Assembly: GCA_951406725.2 (NCBI GenBank)
Contig: OX597830.1
Coordinates: 56,916,001-56,980,000 of the forward strand
Length of the DNA: 64,000 nucleotides
Direction of reading: 5' to 3'
Source: Octopus vulgaris
Taxonomy: Eukaryota
The notes under the pieces were generated by a model. It was not told the origin of the DNA and did no database searches. It saw nothing but the letters and a program-made list of their open reading frames with translations. The first letter of the stretch is position 1. The number at the start of each line of letters is the position of its first letter. Positions 26,350 to 40,880 of this stretch are shown in pieces. The position numbers and the translations under genes were made by a program.

Positions 26350-27870
26350 TTCCAGGCAATAACAGAAGAATTTAAGATGGGCCCCTCCTGGGAGCTCCTC
26401 TATGCTGATAACCTTGTTCTTACAGCCGAATCACTACCTGAACTAGAGAAGAAATTTCAGATGTGGAAGGAACGTCTAGAATCAGAGACCTTAGAGATAA
26501 TCTAGCAAAAACAACCAAAGTCTTAGTAATTAGGAAAGCAGACAAATCCTAGATCCCTTCTAGTAGATGTTCCTGCCTGGTCTGTAGGAAAAGTATAAGT
26601 AGAAACTTCATAAGATGTACCTGGTGTAAGCTATGGATACATAAGAGGTGCAGCAATATCAGAGGAAGGTTAACAGGGAAATAGTTTTGTGTGTAGTAGG
26701 TGCACAGGTACAATAAACACTAAAAATGTACAGAAAATAGATTCCATCAAATGCCAGGGTGAAAAGCTAGAAGTTGTTGATAGGTTCCATTATCTAAGTG
26801 ACCAAATCAGTAGTGGAGGTGGATGCTCTGAGTGCATAGCTACAAAAATAAGAATAGGCTGGGCTCAGTTTAGAGAGCATGTGCTATTTGATGGCAACAA
26901 AGAGAGCCTCTCCCTCAGAGTGAAAGGTAGATTGTATGATGCCTGTGTGCGAACAGTCATGCTACATGACAGTGAAACATAGACTGTAACAGCCAAGGAC
27001 ATGTGTAGGCTTGAAAGAAATGAAGCTAGTATGCTTTGCTGGACGTACAATGTCATTGTGAATGTAGGGTAGAGAGTGTCATGAGAAAAAAGTTGGGCAT
27101 AAGAGATATCAGATGTGGTGTGCAAGAGAGACAACTGCGCTAGTGTGATTATGTGATGCATTTGGATGTAGACAGCTGTGTAAATGTGCTGATTTCTAAG
27201 GATGGATTTAACCTGTGGAAGAAGTAAACCCAAGAAGACATGGGACGAGGTGGTGAAGCATGATCTTCGAATGTTGGACCTCATGGAGGCAATGACTAGT
27301 GACTAAGACCTTTGGAGATATGCTGTGCTTGAGAAGACCAGTCAAGCCAAGTGTCAAATCATAGTTGTGGCTGAGCTGGTGCCATGTAATAGGAGTTCCA
27401 TGCCAGTGGCATTCAAATAGCACATTTCGAGCACAGGGCCTCATGAGGTAATGTGGCTGATGCTGATAAAAAGCACCTTTAAAGCTTTGGGCCTCACAAA
27501 CAATCGAGACATTTGGTACTTGTACTTGTGATGGCGTTCACCCAGGGTGGGTTGAGCCGGCTTCTTCTCTGGTCCTAACGGCATCACGAACCATGGCAGC
27601 TCACACTCGACGGTTCTGTGCGAGGTCACTGGAGATAGTGAGTCATTCGTGGTTCCATCTGCGCAGACCGACCACCTGCAGACCTGACACACAACTGACA
27701 CTGGAACCAGTTGCACATTAAAGCACCCTTAATTCTCTTCGAGTGGTTGGCATTGGGAAGGGCATCCAATGGTAGAAACCATGCCAAATCAGACTAGTGT
27801 CTGGTGCAGCCCCTCAGCTCACCAACTGTCCAACCCATGCTAGCAGATGTTAAAAGATGATGTTGATGAT
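26350..27870 (+). mobile_element. Degenerate RTE copy inserted in duplication unit 1
   Basis: WELLYAD, SLRVKGRLYDACVRT; paralogous empty sites at ~32435 and ~49293. Confidence 0.92.
27512..27700 (-). mobile_element. 3' end of a different RTE family nested antisense, (CAAGTA)n tail
   Basis: Minus-strand DLAQNRRV*AAMVRDAV...AGSTHPG followed by caagtacaagta. Confidence 0.7.
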
Positions 27871-28059
27871 TAATGGTATAGCTATCTTAAGAGAGATAAA
27901 TGTAGAGAAACGATAGTTTGCTATATTAAATGCCAATCATTTGCTTTTTGTGAGCCATCTGTTATTTTTCCATCTGTATGCCATTCATAAATAATACTAG
28001 TGATCTAATGGAGTAAGATAAGATTTAGAAGAGTAGCAATTTAGTATGCTATTTAGTAC

Positions 28060-28100
28060 CTCAATTTTATGTCTTCCTGTACCAATTCCTGAACATCATC
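28060..28100 (-). CDS. Micro-exon type A (DDVQELVQEDIKL) of TRPM-like gene
   Basis: Acceptor tttatttgcag, weaker donor gtacta; 41 nt, phase 0 to 2; other two frames contain stops. Confidence 0.6.
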
Positions 28101-29133
28101 CTGCAAATAAAAGAAATGATATTGAATATGAGAAAAAAATGTTGGGGATTCAACTATTCACAATCTTATAGCATCAATTTTTGCCAACGATTATAGAAAA
28201 GGCATATTTCTTTTAAAACGTTTTTAAAACCAACATTCTTAACATCCCTTCTCTAAAACTTCTAATCTTTGGAACTGCAAAAAAAATTTCTATAGAATTT
28301 CTGAATGATCCCCTCAAGAATATAAGGGTGATTCCATGTGACATATTCATACTTTGAAACTGTAAGATCTGAGTTTCCAATGACAAGCCAAATGTATGTC
28401 TATCTCAGTTTGTTAAATTAGGGGTTTTAATTTAGATGGCTATATTTTTTAAGTCACTTTGGTGTATCAGTTAGCATGGCTAAATAATTTACTGGAGAGA
28501 TAGTGTTCTATTCCCATAAATATTCTTAGAACATTTTTTTCTGTCTTCTTGTTTATAAGATATACCATCCCTTGATTGTCTTACAACATCTGGGGAAATT
28601 AGGAACTGGCTCTACTGATATGAAAAATAGTAAGTTAGGCTCCATCTTATCTAAAATAATTTTCCACCACTAATGATATGTAAACTAGCAGCTTACTCAA
28701 CAAATTTCAAAAAAATACTAGTCTGGTTTACCAATATGATATATTGTAGCTCATTCTTCTAATACGAAAAACAGCATCCAATAATTCTAAACTGAAAACT
28801 ACTACACTGGCCATAATAGCATGACATAAAGAAGCCTGCTGTAAATGTATTGTATATAGTTGCTGGATCTACCTGTTGGAAAACTGGTAGATGGCTCCAC
28901 TAGTCTGAAGAATAATAGCTTAGTCTACAGGTATAAAAAATAGTAGCCTGTTGTACCAATATTGGAAAATATATAAATATATTTCAAAACATAATATACA
29001 GCATTCTTTTATAAAAAAAAAAAAAATTATGAAATTCTCAACAAACCATTCGTTATAGTTTATGCAAATAGAACTAATCAAAGAATTATACAAAATTAAA
29101 AATAATTACTTATCTGCTTTTCTGAACACTTAC

Positions 29134-29209
29134 CAATATAGGTATCTTTAGTGGAAAGTTTGGAATACAGTATGAGATAGTTCTTTGAAACGGTAAACTA
29201 TTCGTATTG
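29134..29209 (-). CDS. Micro-exon type B (NTNSLPFQRTISYCIPNFPLKIPIL)
   Basis: Acceptor cttatttacag, donor gtaagt; 76 nt, phase 2 to 0, open frame. Confidence 0.7.
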
Positions 29210-29824
29210 CTGTAAATAAGTAACTGAAATGATTCCTGATTAGTAAAGTGAATTTGACATGAGTGTAGAGTCTAATATTTCAGTCTTTATCATTGAAAAG
29301 AAAGTGAAAAACAGAAGAAAAGTTGCATCGTTGCTTGGAATGGAATCAAGGACATGGAAATGGAAGTAAAATTTAAGGAATTGTGTAGCAGGTGGAAAGT
29401 TATAACCAGAGAGAGTGATTCAGTCAGAGATGAAGGGTGAGAGGGAAAGAAAGAGTAAAGGAGTCTAAGAAATTAAGGCAAAAATTAGAAAGAGGCAATT
29501 TCTCAAAGGAAGTCAAGTAAAAATATACTGAAAATTCTAAGTGACAGAAAGGTGGAGAAACTATTTGTGACAGGGACATGTGACAAAGAAGAGGAATCAT
29601 ACCTTAAAACTAGATCAATTTACAGATATATAAATATTTGCAACAGTACCGTTATAACATGGGTCATTATTAAATAATTATATCAAATAATATCCATATA
29701 TATTTAGTGTTTCTTTGCAATTATGTCAGATGAGGTCTCAGCCATTGAGGATAAGAATCAAAGTGACCAGTTTTATTGTTTCTTTGTGATTCACCAAGAG
29801 CCAAAGAATTCATATGGCTATTAT

Positions 29825-30118
29825 TTCATATATGGGAAGGTGCATAGCTTGGTGGTTGGGCTATTTGCCCCATGGTCATAAGGGCTTCAGTCCAATATCT
29901 GGCAGTGCCTTTGTGCTTGAGCAAGATACTTTATTTCATGTTGCTTCAGTCCATTCAGCTGACAAAAATGAGTTGTCCCTGTATTGCAAAGGGCCAGCCT
30001 TGTCACATTCAGTGTGTCATGCTGACTCTCTGTGAGAACTGCAATAAGGGTATGCATGTCTAAGGAATGCTCAGCCACTTGGATGTTAAATTTCACAACA
30101 GAGTTGATCCATTGATTC
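29825..30118 (+). mobile_element. SINE-like element shared by duplication units (paralog 39030-39350; family fragments 23470-23640, 23960-24180)
   Basis: Shared cttg(a/g)gcaaga(t/c)actttatttc and tcagccacttg blocks at the same unit position. Confidence 0.7.
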
Positions 30119-32775
30119 ATAATTTCTTTATTCCTAACCCATAGTATAGTAATTGTTATCCAGCCATCAATCTTTTACTATTATGCAAATCAGTAATAAC
30201 TAGACACATGCAGTTAACATTTTAACAAATAACAATCAAATATTTGATAAAAAAATATAAAAACTTCAGTATATTAAGTTGTTTGGAAAATGAACAAGTC
30301 ATCAATGCTTCAAATATCAGCCCTTCCTTTTTAAGGTAAAGAAGAGAGAAATTAAGGGAAATACTGTGTGCTATTTCAGAGCATGATGGTAACAGACACA
30401 GGAAGTGTGTAGACAATACATATGGGTTTTAGTAGAAGAAAGAGAAGAACTATTATTATTGTTGTTTTCTGCATAGGTCATCCCTGATTATGCAGTCATA
30501 CAACAGACAAATAGGTTAGCAAACAACAAGGTATGAGCCAGAGATTCATCTTGCCAGTTCTACTATGTCTCCATCTGAGACCTCAGTACACATGCACACT
30601 AAGACATTCAATTATGAAATGTATGGTATGTAGCATAGTGGTCTGGAAATATTGCAACCTCTCTACTCTCTCTCCAGTGAACAATACAAAATCCTGGGGA
30701 GCAAACAGTCTATCAAGCTGCCATGTCTATGTAGTGTACAAGAAAAACACTTTGGGAATATAATTTCCCAAATCGAATCTGTTGGGCATCTCCATCGTGT
30801 TTTCAATCTCTTCCTACACAACCTTTCCTTACCTCCTTAATACACTTAGACAGCTTTATTAGCAGACACATAAATACTCACATCCTCCCAACAAATTACA
30901 GATAGTGCTGCACAAATAATCCAATCCAACATAAATTGCTAAGAAACCTGGTCCCAAAACAAGCTTTTGAGAAACACTTAGGGCTTTTCTGGGTCTGCAA
31001 GTCAGTCTTTGATAGAGTGAAGTAAATGAAGTGAAAACCTTTAACCAGGATCAAATGGTCAGTATTGGAAAGTGGTAGGTCATGGGGTCGAGTCACTAAC
31101 ACATGTAAAATTGAGACAGGTGTGAAGATGATTGGTCAACATGCTAGTGGAGGTTACAGATTTCTCCAATACCAGACTTCATCCATCAACCAAATTTTTT
31201 GTGAATACTGATTGATTTTCGTTTTAGATACACTCATCGACAGCTAGAATTAGCCATTAATTAGTTTTATCCTAATTGTTTCCTTTCTCTTTTCACCCTT
31301 CCCCCGCCACTTCTACACCTGATTAACTGTCCCTTTATAGGTATTATCCCCCACTGGAATTAACTTCTGTTTCTGTAAGTCCTTCCATCATTTGCCATCC
31401 ACCACATGTACATACACACATATTCACACTACTTGAATCTTACACTCACCCTCTCACATATACATACTGTGTAGTGACACACACCCCTGTCACTTTTTAG
31501 TCTTTCCTTATTTCATTTTCACCTATTTTTTCTTATTTCATTTGCACTCACCCTCTCACACATACATACTGTATAGGGACACACTTTTTATTCTTTCCTT
31601 ATTTCTTTTTACCTGAGTTCCACATGTACATCACCAACCCATTTCCACTCTCCTCTTCAAGAACTCACATACCTGCTACCACTTCCTGTATCCATTACTA
31701 TGATGACCATCTGAAATAAAACATGGACAATCCATTTCTCCTTTGCTTAATATTCTCTCTTTTCTCTCTTAATAGAAATAGACTTTTGCTTCAATCTTTG
31801 TTGTCTTTTCCATTTCCTCTTGGTTTTTAATTCACTGTCTTTATCTTATATTTCTCATATTTTTGTATCTTTGAATTATTTTTGTTAAGGAACACAAAGA
31901 CCTGAATTTCTCATAAACTGAATTTCATGCTTTAATTGCAGCTTACCCATAGCATCTTGGGAAGGATATGAAACTGTATTCTGTAGAATTGTTAAGTAAC
32001 AATAAAACTGTTCATTTTGATCTTCATCCCAAACTGCCACAAATCATGGGTTTGGTGTAACCTTTTGAGACTTACTCATATTTAATATTTATAAGAAAAT
32101 ATAATGGAGTGAATATAATAATATATGTTGTGTTTGGCTCTCATTCATCTTCCATGATTAAATCATTTCATATTAAACACACAAACTTTACTCAAATCTC
32201 TTGCCAGAAAATAATAGAATTCCCAAATCAGTAAATCTCTCTCTCTCTCCTTCTCTCCTCTTCTATGCACGAATATAATTAAAATTATAATTATCAGATT
32301 TCCCACTGAGTTCACAAATCAGTTTCAATTTCAGTTTAATTTGCATAAATCTGTTTCTTATATGATAAGAGAAAGAAATCAATATCATAGAATCTAAATT
32401 GTTTCACCAATAATAAAGTGTTTGATTGTTGAAATCATTAATGCTATACTTGTCTTAGAGAAATGATGGATTGCTATATTAAATGCCAACCAAATTTTGA
32501 ATTATTTGAGCATTCTGTTGATTTCTGTCTTTCTGATTTTGTAAATAATGCCAGTGATAGAATTGAGTAAGATTTGGAAGTGTATTTCCAACATATTATG
32601 AGAAAAGACTTATATAGAAATTCGATAGTAAACTGATTTTAAGAGAAGTTTTTGTTTAGCATTTACTGGGATAATCTCAGCTGAGTGAAGTTTTTGAATT
32701 CACTATACACCATAGCTGAAATTCTAACATATATATACATATATATTATCAAATTTTACTAGTTCCTTGCATTAC

Positions 32776-32807
32776 CTCTCTTCTTCTCTGCTGTATTTAA
32801 CAATATT
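32776..32807 (-). CDS. Micro-exon type A (NIVKYSREEE)
   Basis: Acceptor cttttgttttcag, donor gtaatgc; 32 nt, phase 0 to 2. Confidence 0.7.
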
Positions 32808-33758
32808 CTGAAAACAAAAGAAATGATATATATAATAGAACTATGCAACAATGTGTCAGCACAAAAAAATAGGGGTTTAAATGATAATGATGATGTTTGA
32901 TAGTATTTATCATATTAATTGTTTTATACGAAGCACATGTCAACAATTTTATGGGAAGAAAAATACAAAGCTATGATAACTTCTTATTTCTCTTCAAACA
33001 GAAATTGAAACTAAGAATTGAAACTGAAAATTAAAACCAAGTGAATGTCTCTGATCACTTGGTATTTATATTCCAATGTAAGAAGCTTAGGAAGGTCCAA
33101 CTAGTGACTATATCCTTCAAAATCTTTCTTCCTCTGTATATGAAGTCAGTACCATTCAACTTACATATTATACTCTCTAATTATTATTTTTCTTTCTTTG
33201 TCAATAAATAGAAACCAAATCAGACATTGAAGCTAAACACAGTCCTTTAACTCATTGGATGCTATTGAATTGTCAAGGAAAATGGAAGTTACTTAATGAT
33301 GATGATGATGATGTGATGGAGACAAACACCAATATGGTAGACTTGAATAATTGTTGAGATATTTCTCTCCCTCCATGAAACTAATGGTAGTCAGGATAAC
33401 CCAAATGTAAAGAATATTTATCCACCAATATGATGTTGAGAGCACTCATTCACCCTGATTGATACTAATGCATGCAGCATGTATGTATGTATGTAATTGT
33501 TTTAAGAATAAAACAATTAAAAATTAAAACTAAAAATACAAGACATAAATAGAATAAAAATTAAAATTAAGGTATGAGCTGTATTGTTAATGAATATATA
33601 TTCCATTTGAGAATCTAAGGATGTGATTAAGTAATTAAGACGATAAACTCAAAGTTAATTGAAGGTAAATGTAGATAGATACTTAAATGAAAATGTTTAA
33701 ATGTATAGTACCAATGGATAGTATTAATTGTACCAATGTGCAATGATATGGAGACGTA

Positions 33759-34749
33759 TTGGGTCACCCCATAAATAATGCAGTTTTATCAATTGACTGA
33801 ACTAAAAGTCGGAGGTGGGTGGGATAAACTACCTGCATCAACTTGCTATAAAAGCAGGTAGTAATTTTACCTTATACATACATATCTTTAGTGCAAGTTT
33901 TGAAGAGTGTAATTCGCTTTTAACAGTTATTTGTTCAAACCTATAATGGAAGTAACAAAGGAGCATCTTTGGTGTATTTTACTTTATGTGTTCAATAAAG
34001 ACAACAATGCAATGGAAAGTGTGAGGAATATTTATGCAGAGTATGATATGGAGATCAGACAATAAACATAATCCAGAGTCAACAGTGGTTCCAGAAATTC
34101 TGAGGACGTCCTGCAAACCCTAGTAGAATGAAATCACATTATAACTGTTAAGGAACCTGCAGAGAAGCCTGGATTTAGCAGGGAAGCTTGGATTCAACCA
34201 TTCATTGACACCTGTGTGCCATTGGAAAAGTCAGAAAATTGGGTCAATGAGTTCCTCATAAACTTTCCAAATGTTAAACCCAAACCAAATTATAACAAAG
34301 GAGATCTACTATGAGCAACTTGAGTGGCTTATGTTAGTACTAGAAGAAAAACGACCATCTTTGGTTTCTAGATGAAAGGTGTTCTTCCATGAGGATAATT
34401 CTCAGCTACATACAGTGGGGATAGCATTCTGAAAGCTGAACAGTTTGAATGGGAAACGATGTCCCACCCACCATTGCTCCATCTTATTATCATTTATTCC
34501 ACAGTCTTCAAAATCATTTGGACGGAAAAAATATGAATTCTGTAGATGAGGCTGGAAAAGTACTAGAGAAGTATTTTTCATCATGGACAAATGAATTTTG
34601 GAAGAGGGATCTTACAATTCTACTAGTTAGATGGAAGAGCATTGTAGAAAATGAAGGAGAGTATATTTTAGATAAAAAAGAACTTTGTTCATCTTAATTT
34701 TGAAAGATAAAAGAAGTATAAAAACTGCATTATTTATGGGATGACCCAA
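33759..34749 (+). mobile_element. Internally deleted mariner element
   Basis: TIRs ttgggtcaccccataaataatgcagtttt / aaaactgcattatttatgggatgacccaa, flanked by TA; APSYYHLFHSLQNHL, RWKSIVENEGEY. Confidence 0.92.
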
Positions 34750-36314
34750 TACATACACATGTGTGTATGCATGTGTGAATTTGTGTGCATGCATGCATGA
34801 GATCAACGAAATCTGTAAAATGTTTTATTCTTGGAGAAAGAAATAACGTTTTGAATACAATTCAGTTTGATATTTAATTTCATATATATATATATATATA
34901 TATAAATATATATTTTCATGTGTGTGTGGGTGAAACTAAAAATCTAAATTTAATTTACTTTGAAAATTTGCAGTTTTACTTCGATTAAAACACCAACGAG
35001 TCTTTAACTGACATTCCATTGATTGTTTTAGACTTCTCTTCTCAGCGTAACAAAAGACAAAGGAGTCCATAAAATTTTTACAGCATCCACACATCCGAAC
35101 TTCAGATTGTAAAGATAATTTATTCTTCTCCATCAACTCGTTTTCAGTAAAAAGAAGTTCATTGTGAGTAGGACGGAGGTAAGATTAGTTGAAAGCCCCC
35201 CCCCCCTCTACACACACAAATAATTTATTATCAATTTTATTTATTGACAATAACTGTCTACGTAGAAACAAACTTTGCCAACTCCAGAAAGAGCAACTGT
35301 GGAATCACTTGAATTCATGAGTGAATTTATCCTACTCCAACCTGTGCCAATGCCAATGAGATTCAACAAAAACACGTTAGTAGCAACACTAACACTCTCC
35401 GTAATTATAATGTTACTATCAGTCCGAATATGCTTGATGCACAGTTGAACTGGGAAACAGGCTACTAACTGCATTTTGTCATGCAGCACCACCTACCTAG
35501 ACTGTGAGATGCTAGCATTTTGGTGTAGTTATCCCCTCTTTGGTCACAGATACGAGGCAGATGATGCGATGAACTGATACTCTTACACTTTTCCAGTCAC
35601 CATACAGTGACTGGTAGGGCTATACAGCATGTTCAATTATTAACAGTCCCCAAACCATTTTTGCTATTAATACAAATATACCATTGCATTACTGTTATTT
35701 TGCAAACATAAGATGGTATGTTTTTTCCTTTTCAGGATTTCAGTTAGCTACAAACATTTGCTAATTTTAAAATAAAAAAACAAGCCCTATGTAGTGGAGT
35801 TTATCACAGAAAGCACACAAGCACACCTTATTAAATGGATTTTATTATTAATTTCAAAAGGGAAAAGATGTGGTGAATTGTCATGCATGAAATTGTCAGT
35901 GTTGAACTGTCATGTGAAGAATTGTTGGGTGCCATTGAAAATACTAGTTGGTCTAGTACTATAAACAGTATACATCCATACTAAAATAGAAACTATTACA
36001 CTTGTTATAAAACATGAAAGCCTGCTGTAAATATATGAAATATAGTTTTTATATCTACCAATAAGAAATAGCATAGACAGTTCTATCTTGTGGAAAATAG
36101 TAGATTGTTCTACCAGTGTAAAATTAGTAGCCTGTTGTACCAATGTGCGAAAATATATAAAAATATTCATAAACAGAACATACAACATTCCTTTTAGGCA
36201 AATCCATTGATGAAATTCTCAACAAACCATTTGTTACAATCTATGCAAAAAAGAACTCATCTATAAAATATAAAATTTATAAAGAATTACTGTTCTTCTT
36301 TTCTGAGAACTTAC

Positions 36315-36366
36315 CTTATATCCATATTTATATCCTGAATGACCAGATGAGATAATATTCGTAAAT
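36315..36366 (-). CDS. Micro-exon type B (FTNIISSGHSGYKYGYK)
   Basis: Acceptor ctgattttacag, donor gtaagt; 52 nt, phase 2 to 0. Confidence 0.7.
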
Positions 36367-36543
36367 CTGTAAAATCAGTAAATTAGAAAATTCCAGATTG
36401 GTAAAGTGAATCTGACATAAGTCTAGAGTTTCAAATTTCAGTCTTTATCTTTTGACTGGGAGTGAAGAATAGAAGAAAAGTTGTGTTTTGGCATGAAATG
36501 GAAATAGAATGAAAGTTTAAGGAATTATGTGACAGGTAAAAAG

Positions 36544-36575
<32 letters not shown>

Positions 36576-36577
<2 letters not shown>

Positions 36578-36934
36578 TAGCAGTATCGCCCGGCGTTGCT
36601 CGGGTTTGTAAGGGAAATAACTATAAAGCATTTTTAGAGAGTTATAGCCAAAAAATGGGAAAAAAATGATGGTAAATTTTTTTTTTTAGTTAAAAAGGTC
36701 GAGTTGCGTCTGTGGTTTGTGTTTGTGATTCTCGACCCCATGTCGAATTTATCGATTTTTTTCAGAACTGGGGGAACTTTTCAAAATTTTCGCTGCGTTA
36801 GTTTTGAATTATGACATTGGGCTATGTGTGTGTCAAGTTTCATCAGAATCGGTTGAAAGCCGTGGTCAGTGTGAGGGTACAACCTAACAGACACACAGAA
36901 ACACACACAGACAAACTGCCGTTTATATATAGAG

Positions 36935-36935
<1 letters not shown>
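36576..36935 (+). mobile_element. Helentron/DINE-1-like non-autonomous element
   Basis: actagcagtatcgcccggcgttgctcggg start, aagtttcatcagaatcgg core, tttatatatagagat end, set in (TA)n. Confidence 0.65.
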
Positions 36936-36983
<48 letters not shown>

Positions 36984-37199
36984 CTGGGCCAGAGTAGTAT
37001 GGTGAAAAGTAAACAAGGAGTAAAGGAAACTAAAAAAATAAGACAGAAATTAGAAAGAGGAAATTTCTCAAAGAAAGGCAAATAGAAACATGTTGAAAAT
37101 TGTAAGAGAAGCTAAAAAGATGGAGAAATCTCTATGTAACAGAGGCAAGTAACAAAGAATAGGAATCATATGTTAAAAATAGATCTATTCACAGATATA

Positions 37200-38405
37200 T
37201 TAGGTTGTCTCACATGAAATATTGTATTTTAACTGGGTTTCTTATGAGTCATCTATAAATGGATTTTGAATGAGTTTCTATGTACATGCTTGTGTTTACT
37301 CTTACTCTTTTTCTTTCTAGACAATTCTATTATTCAAAATTGCTACCCACAGCTCTTATGACAATGTTGACAACAGAATAATATCAAGTGATATTCTTGT
37401 GTGAATACAAGTTGGGTCACTCTACCACCGAAGCTCTACAAAATATCAAGTGCACTTTTGGTAATGAATCTGTTGACATTAGAACTGTTCAGAAATGGTT
37501 CCAAAGATTTTGTTCAGGAAATGAAAGCATTAAAAATAAATCAAGAGGGAGACTAAAATCTGATATCTGGCATGATGAATTGAATGCTTTGATTAAATGG
37601 AATCTGGGAACAACAGTCCAGAAAATTAGATCAGAGCTCCAGACATCTGCAACTGCTTCTTGACACTTGAAGAAAATTGGAAAAGTAAAAAAGATGGATA
37701 GGTTTGTTCTGTGTTCCATGTTGATTTCTCGGTTGGAAAGAAAACCACTTTTGAATTGACTCATTATGTATGATGAGAAATGGAAACTCTTTGATAATAA
37801 TAGCAGGTGGACAGGACAGTGGTTAGATGCAGGTGAGTCACCAAAACACTACTCAAAACCACCACTGCATCCTAAAAAGTTGGTCACTGTATGGTCAACA
37901 AAGAGGTAGTTCATTTTTCATTTTTGCAACAAAGAGAAACTTTAACAACAACAACCTATTGTCAGGAAATTTTATGCATGGAAAATTAAAAAAGAAGCAA
38001 CCTAAATTAGTGAATAGTGATGGCCCAATTTTGCTTCATGATAATGCATGACCTCACACTTCTCATGCTACAGTCCACAAGTTGCAATGCCTGAATTATG
38101 AAATTTTGGCACATCCTCCTTATTCTTCTGATATCTCTCCTACTGGTTATCACATATTTAAACACTCCAAGCTTGCTATATGCAATAAAACATTCTTAAA
38201 TAAAGAAGAGGTAACTGAAGCATCTCAAAAATTTATCAGTGATAATTTATCAGATGATAAATATATGCCTTAGAGGGAACGTTGGATGAAGGGCATAAAT
38301 TAATAACGATCATATTTTGATTAAATAAATAAATATTCTAAAACTTAAAAAACAAATTTTAATGTTTCCTTTTTCAAATGTGACATTTCATGTGAGACAA
38401 CCTCA
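37200..38405 (+). mobile_element. Degenerate mariner transposon
   Basis: TIRs aggttgtctcacatgaaat / atttcatgtgagacaacct; TA TSD shown by empty paralogous site ~29625; DEKW, LHDNA, HPPYSSDISP. Confidence 0.93.
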
Positions 38406-38479
38406 TATAAATATTTACAACAGTACCAATATAACATGGGTTATTATTAAATAAATATATCAAATAATATCCATATATT

Positions 38480-38893
38480 CTTTTATTCGTTATCTTGTTT
38501 CAATCATCTGCCTGTGGCTATGCTGGAGCACTGCCTTTTAGTCAAGCAAATCACCCCCCCCACTCCAGGACTTGTTCCTTGTAAGCCTAGTACTTATTCT
38601 ATTGGTCTCTTTTTGCTGAACTGCTAAGTTACGGGGACGGAAACACACCAGCATCACATGTCAAGTGATGTTGCTGGGGGTGGGGGGAACAAACACAGAC
38701 ACACACACACATATATATACATATATACGACGAGCTTCTTTCAGTTTCTGTCTACCAAATTCACTCACAAAGCTTTGGTCGGCCCAAGACTATAGTAGAA
38801 GACACTTGCTCATGGTGTCACACAATGGGACTGAACCTGGAACCATGTAGTTGGCAAGCAAGCTACATACCACACAGCCACTCCTGCGCCTAT
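38480..38893. mobile_element. SINE-like element (family also 40715-40830 and in opposite orientation 50130-50515)
   Basis: Absent from the paralogous site at ~29700; shared tttc(t/c)gtctaccaaat(t/c)cactcacaa. Confidence 0.75.
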
Positions 38894-40137
38894 ATATTTA
38901 GTGTTTCTTTGCAATTATGTCAGATGAGGTCTCAGCCATTTAGGATAAGAATCAAAGTGACTAGTTTTACTGTTTTTTTGCAATTCATCAAAATTCATAG
39001 AATCCATTTGGCTATCATCGCATATATGTGAAGATGTGTGGCTTAGTGGTTGGGGTATTTGGCCCACGATCATAAGGTCTTCAGTCTGATATCTAACAGT
39101 GCACTGTGTGCTTGGGCAAGACACTTTATTTCGTGTTGCTTCAGTCAATGCAGCTGGAAAAAATGAGTTGTCCCCGTATTGCAAAAGGCCAGCCTTATGA
39201 CATTCAGTGTGTCATGCTGAATCTCCGTGAGAACTGCAACAAAGGTACGTGTGTCTAAGGAATGCTCAGCCACTTGCAGTGTTAATTTCCTGAGCAAGCT
39301 GATCCATTGATCGGATCAACTGGAACCCAAATCATTGTAACTGACAGGGTACCAATATATATATTACATATATTTATTTATTCCTAACCCATAGTGTAGT
39401 ATCATCTAGTCATCAACCTTTTACTGTTATGCAAATCAGTTATTACTAGATGCAAGTATGTTTACATTTTAACAAATAACAAACATTTGATAAAAAATAT
39501 AATGAAGTCAGTATATTAAGTTAATTTGAAAGGGAATAAATCATCAATGCTTCAAGTATCAGCCCTTCTATTTAGGTAAAGAAGAGAGAAATTAAAGAAA
39601 ATACTGTTATTTCAGGCTAAGATGGTAACAGACACAGGAAGTGGGTTGCTGGTATATATGAATTTTAGTAGAAGGTAGTGGAGAATTATTATTGTTCATA
39701 GTAGAGAAAGAAATCAGTATCACAAAAATCTAACTTCTTTCACCAATAAAAAAACATGTCTGATTTTTAAGATCAATAAATCTATAGCTGTGTTAAGACA
39801 GGTAAGCGTAGAGAAATGATGGATTGTTATCTTAAATGCCAACCAAATTTTGCTTTTCTGACCTCTCTGCTTTATTTTAATTCTACTATTCAAAAATAAT
39901 ACCTGTGTCCTAATGGGATCAGGTCTGAAAGTTGAGCAGTTTATTGCATTTCCGACATGAAAAAATGTTTTAAGGAAATTAACAATCAACTGATCATAAG
40001 AGTAATCTCCGCTGTTCGTTTCTTTTTATTTTCTTTGCATTATCGACATCCCCAAAAGTTTTTTTGTTTAGTATTTACTGGGATAATCTGAGCTAAGCAA
40101 AGTTCTTAAATTCACTATACACCATAGTTGAAATCAT

Positions 40138-40169
<32 letters not shown>

Positions 40170-40210
40170 CTTATTTATTATCAAATATAAGGATATATTT
40201 ATTGCATTAC

Positions 40211-40242
40211 ATTTTTGTGAATAGTTGGTCTATTTCAGGTTC
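40211..40242 (-). CDS. Micro-exon type A (EPEIDQLFTK)
   Basis: Acceptor tctcttattttcag, donor gtaatgc; 32 nt, phase 0 to 2. Confidence 0.7.
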
Positions 40243-40825
40243 CTGAAAATAAGAGAAAGAATAGCAAACGTTAGAAGGAATGATGGAGTTCAAACTTCTG
40301 ACATTAATGAAATAATACATAGATTAAATTTTTACAACAAATTATGCAGAGAAACATAATTAAATACAAAGTGTACATGTTTAAGACATAAATGTAGCCA
40401 AGATTATCTGGTGGAGATAATCCAATAGCTATTAACAGAGATATACGATTTCTTTTTTCCTATTTACAGTTTTTAGTGTGGTACACTGGTTTTGATATGA
40501 GATTTGAATGGATGAAATCGTCTGGATCAAAATAGTTTTCCATGATGATAACAGTATTTTATTTAATCATTTTAAACATTTGTGTAAGACTTGACAGAAA
40601 ATTGCACCTCCAGTCGTGGTAGATATTTTACAATCAATATTTTAAACAACCTCACAGAAAACCAGCCATTCACCTAATCACTAATCAGTCTGGTGGGCAC
40701 ATAAGCCAGATCGACAATTCTTTGTAAGCCTAGTACCTATTCTATTGGTTCTTTTTGCTGAACCGCTAACTTACAGGGACATAAACACACCAACATCGGT
40801 TATGCAATGGTAGGGTACAAACACA

Positions 40826-40880
<55 letters not shown>

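Noticed and set aside
30480-32080. Probable decayed Penelope-like insertion between units 1 and 2
   Set aside because: Motifs too eroded to support a call
35241-35560. 83-aa ORF with FPVQL and VALSGV, faintly like a PIF1 helicase C-terminus
   Set aside because: Too degenerate to call
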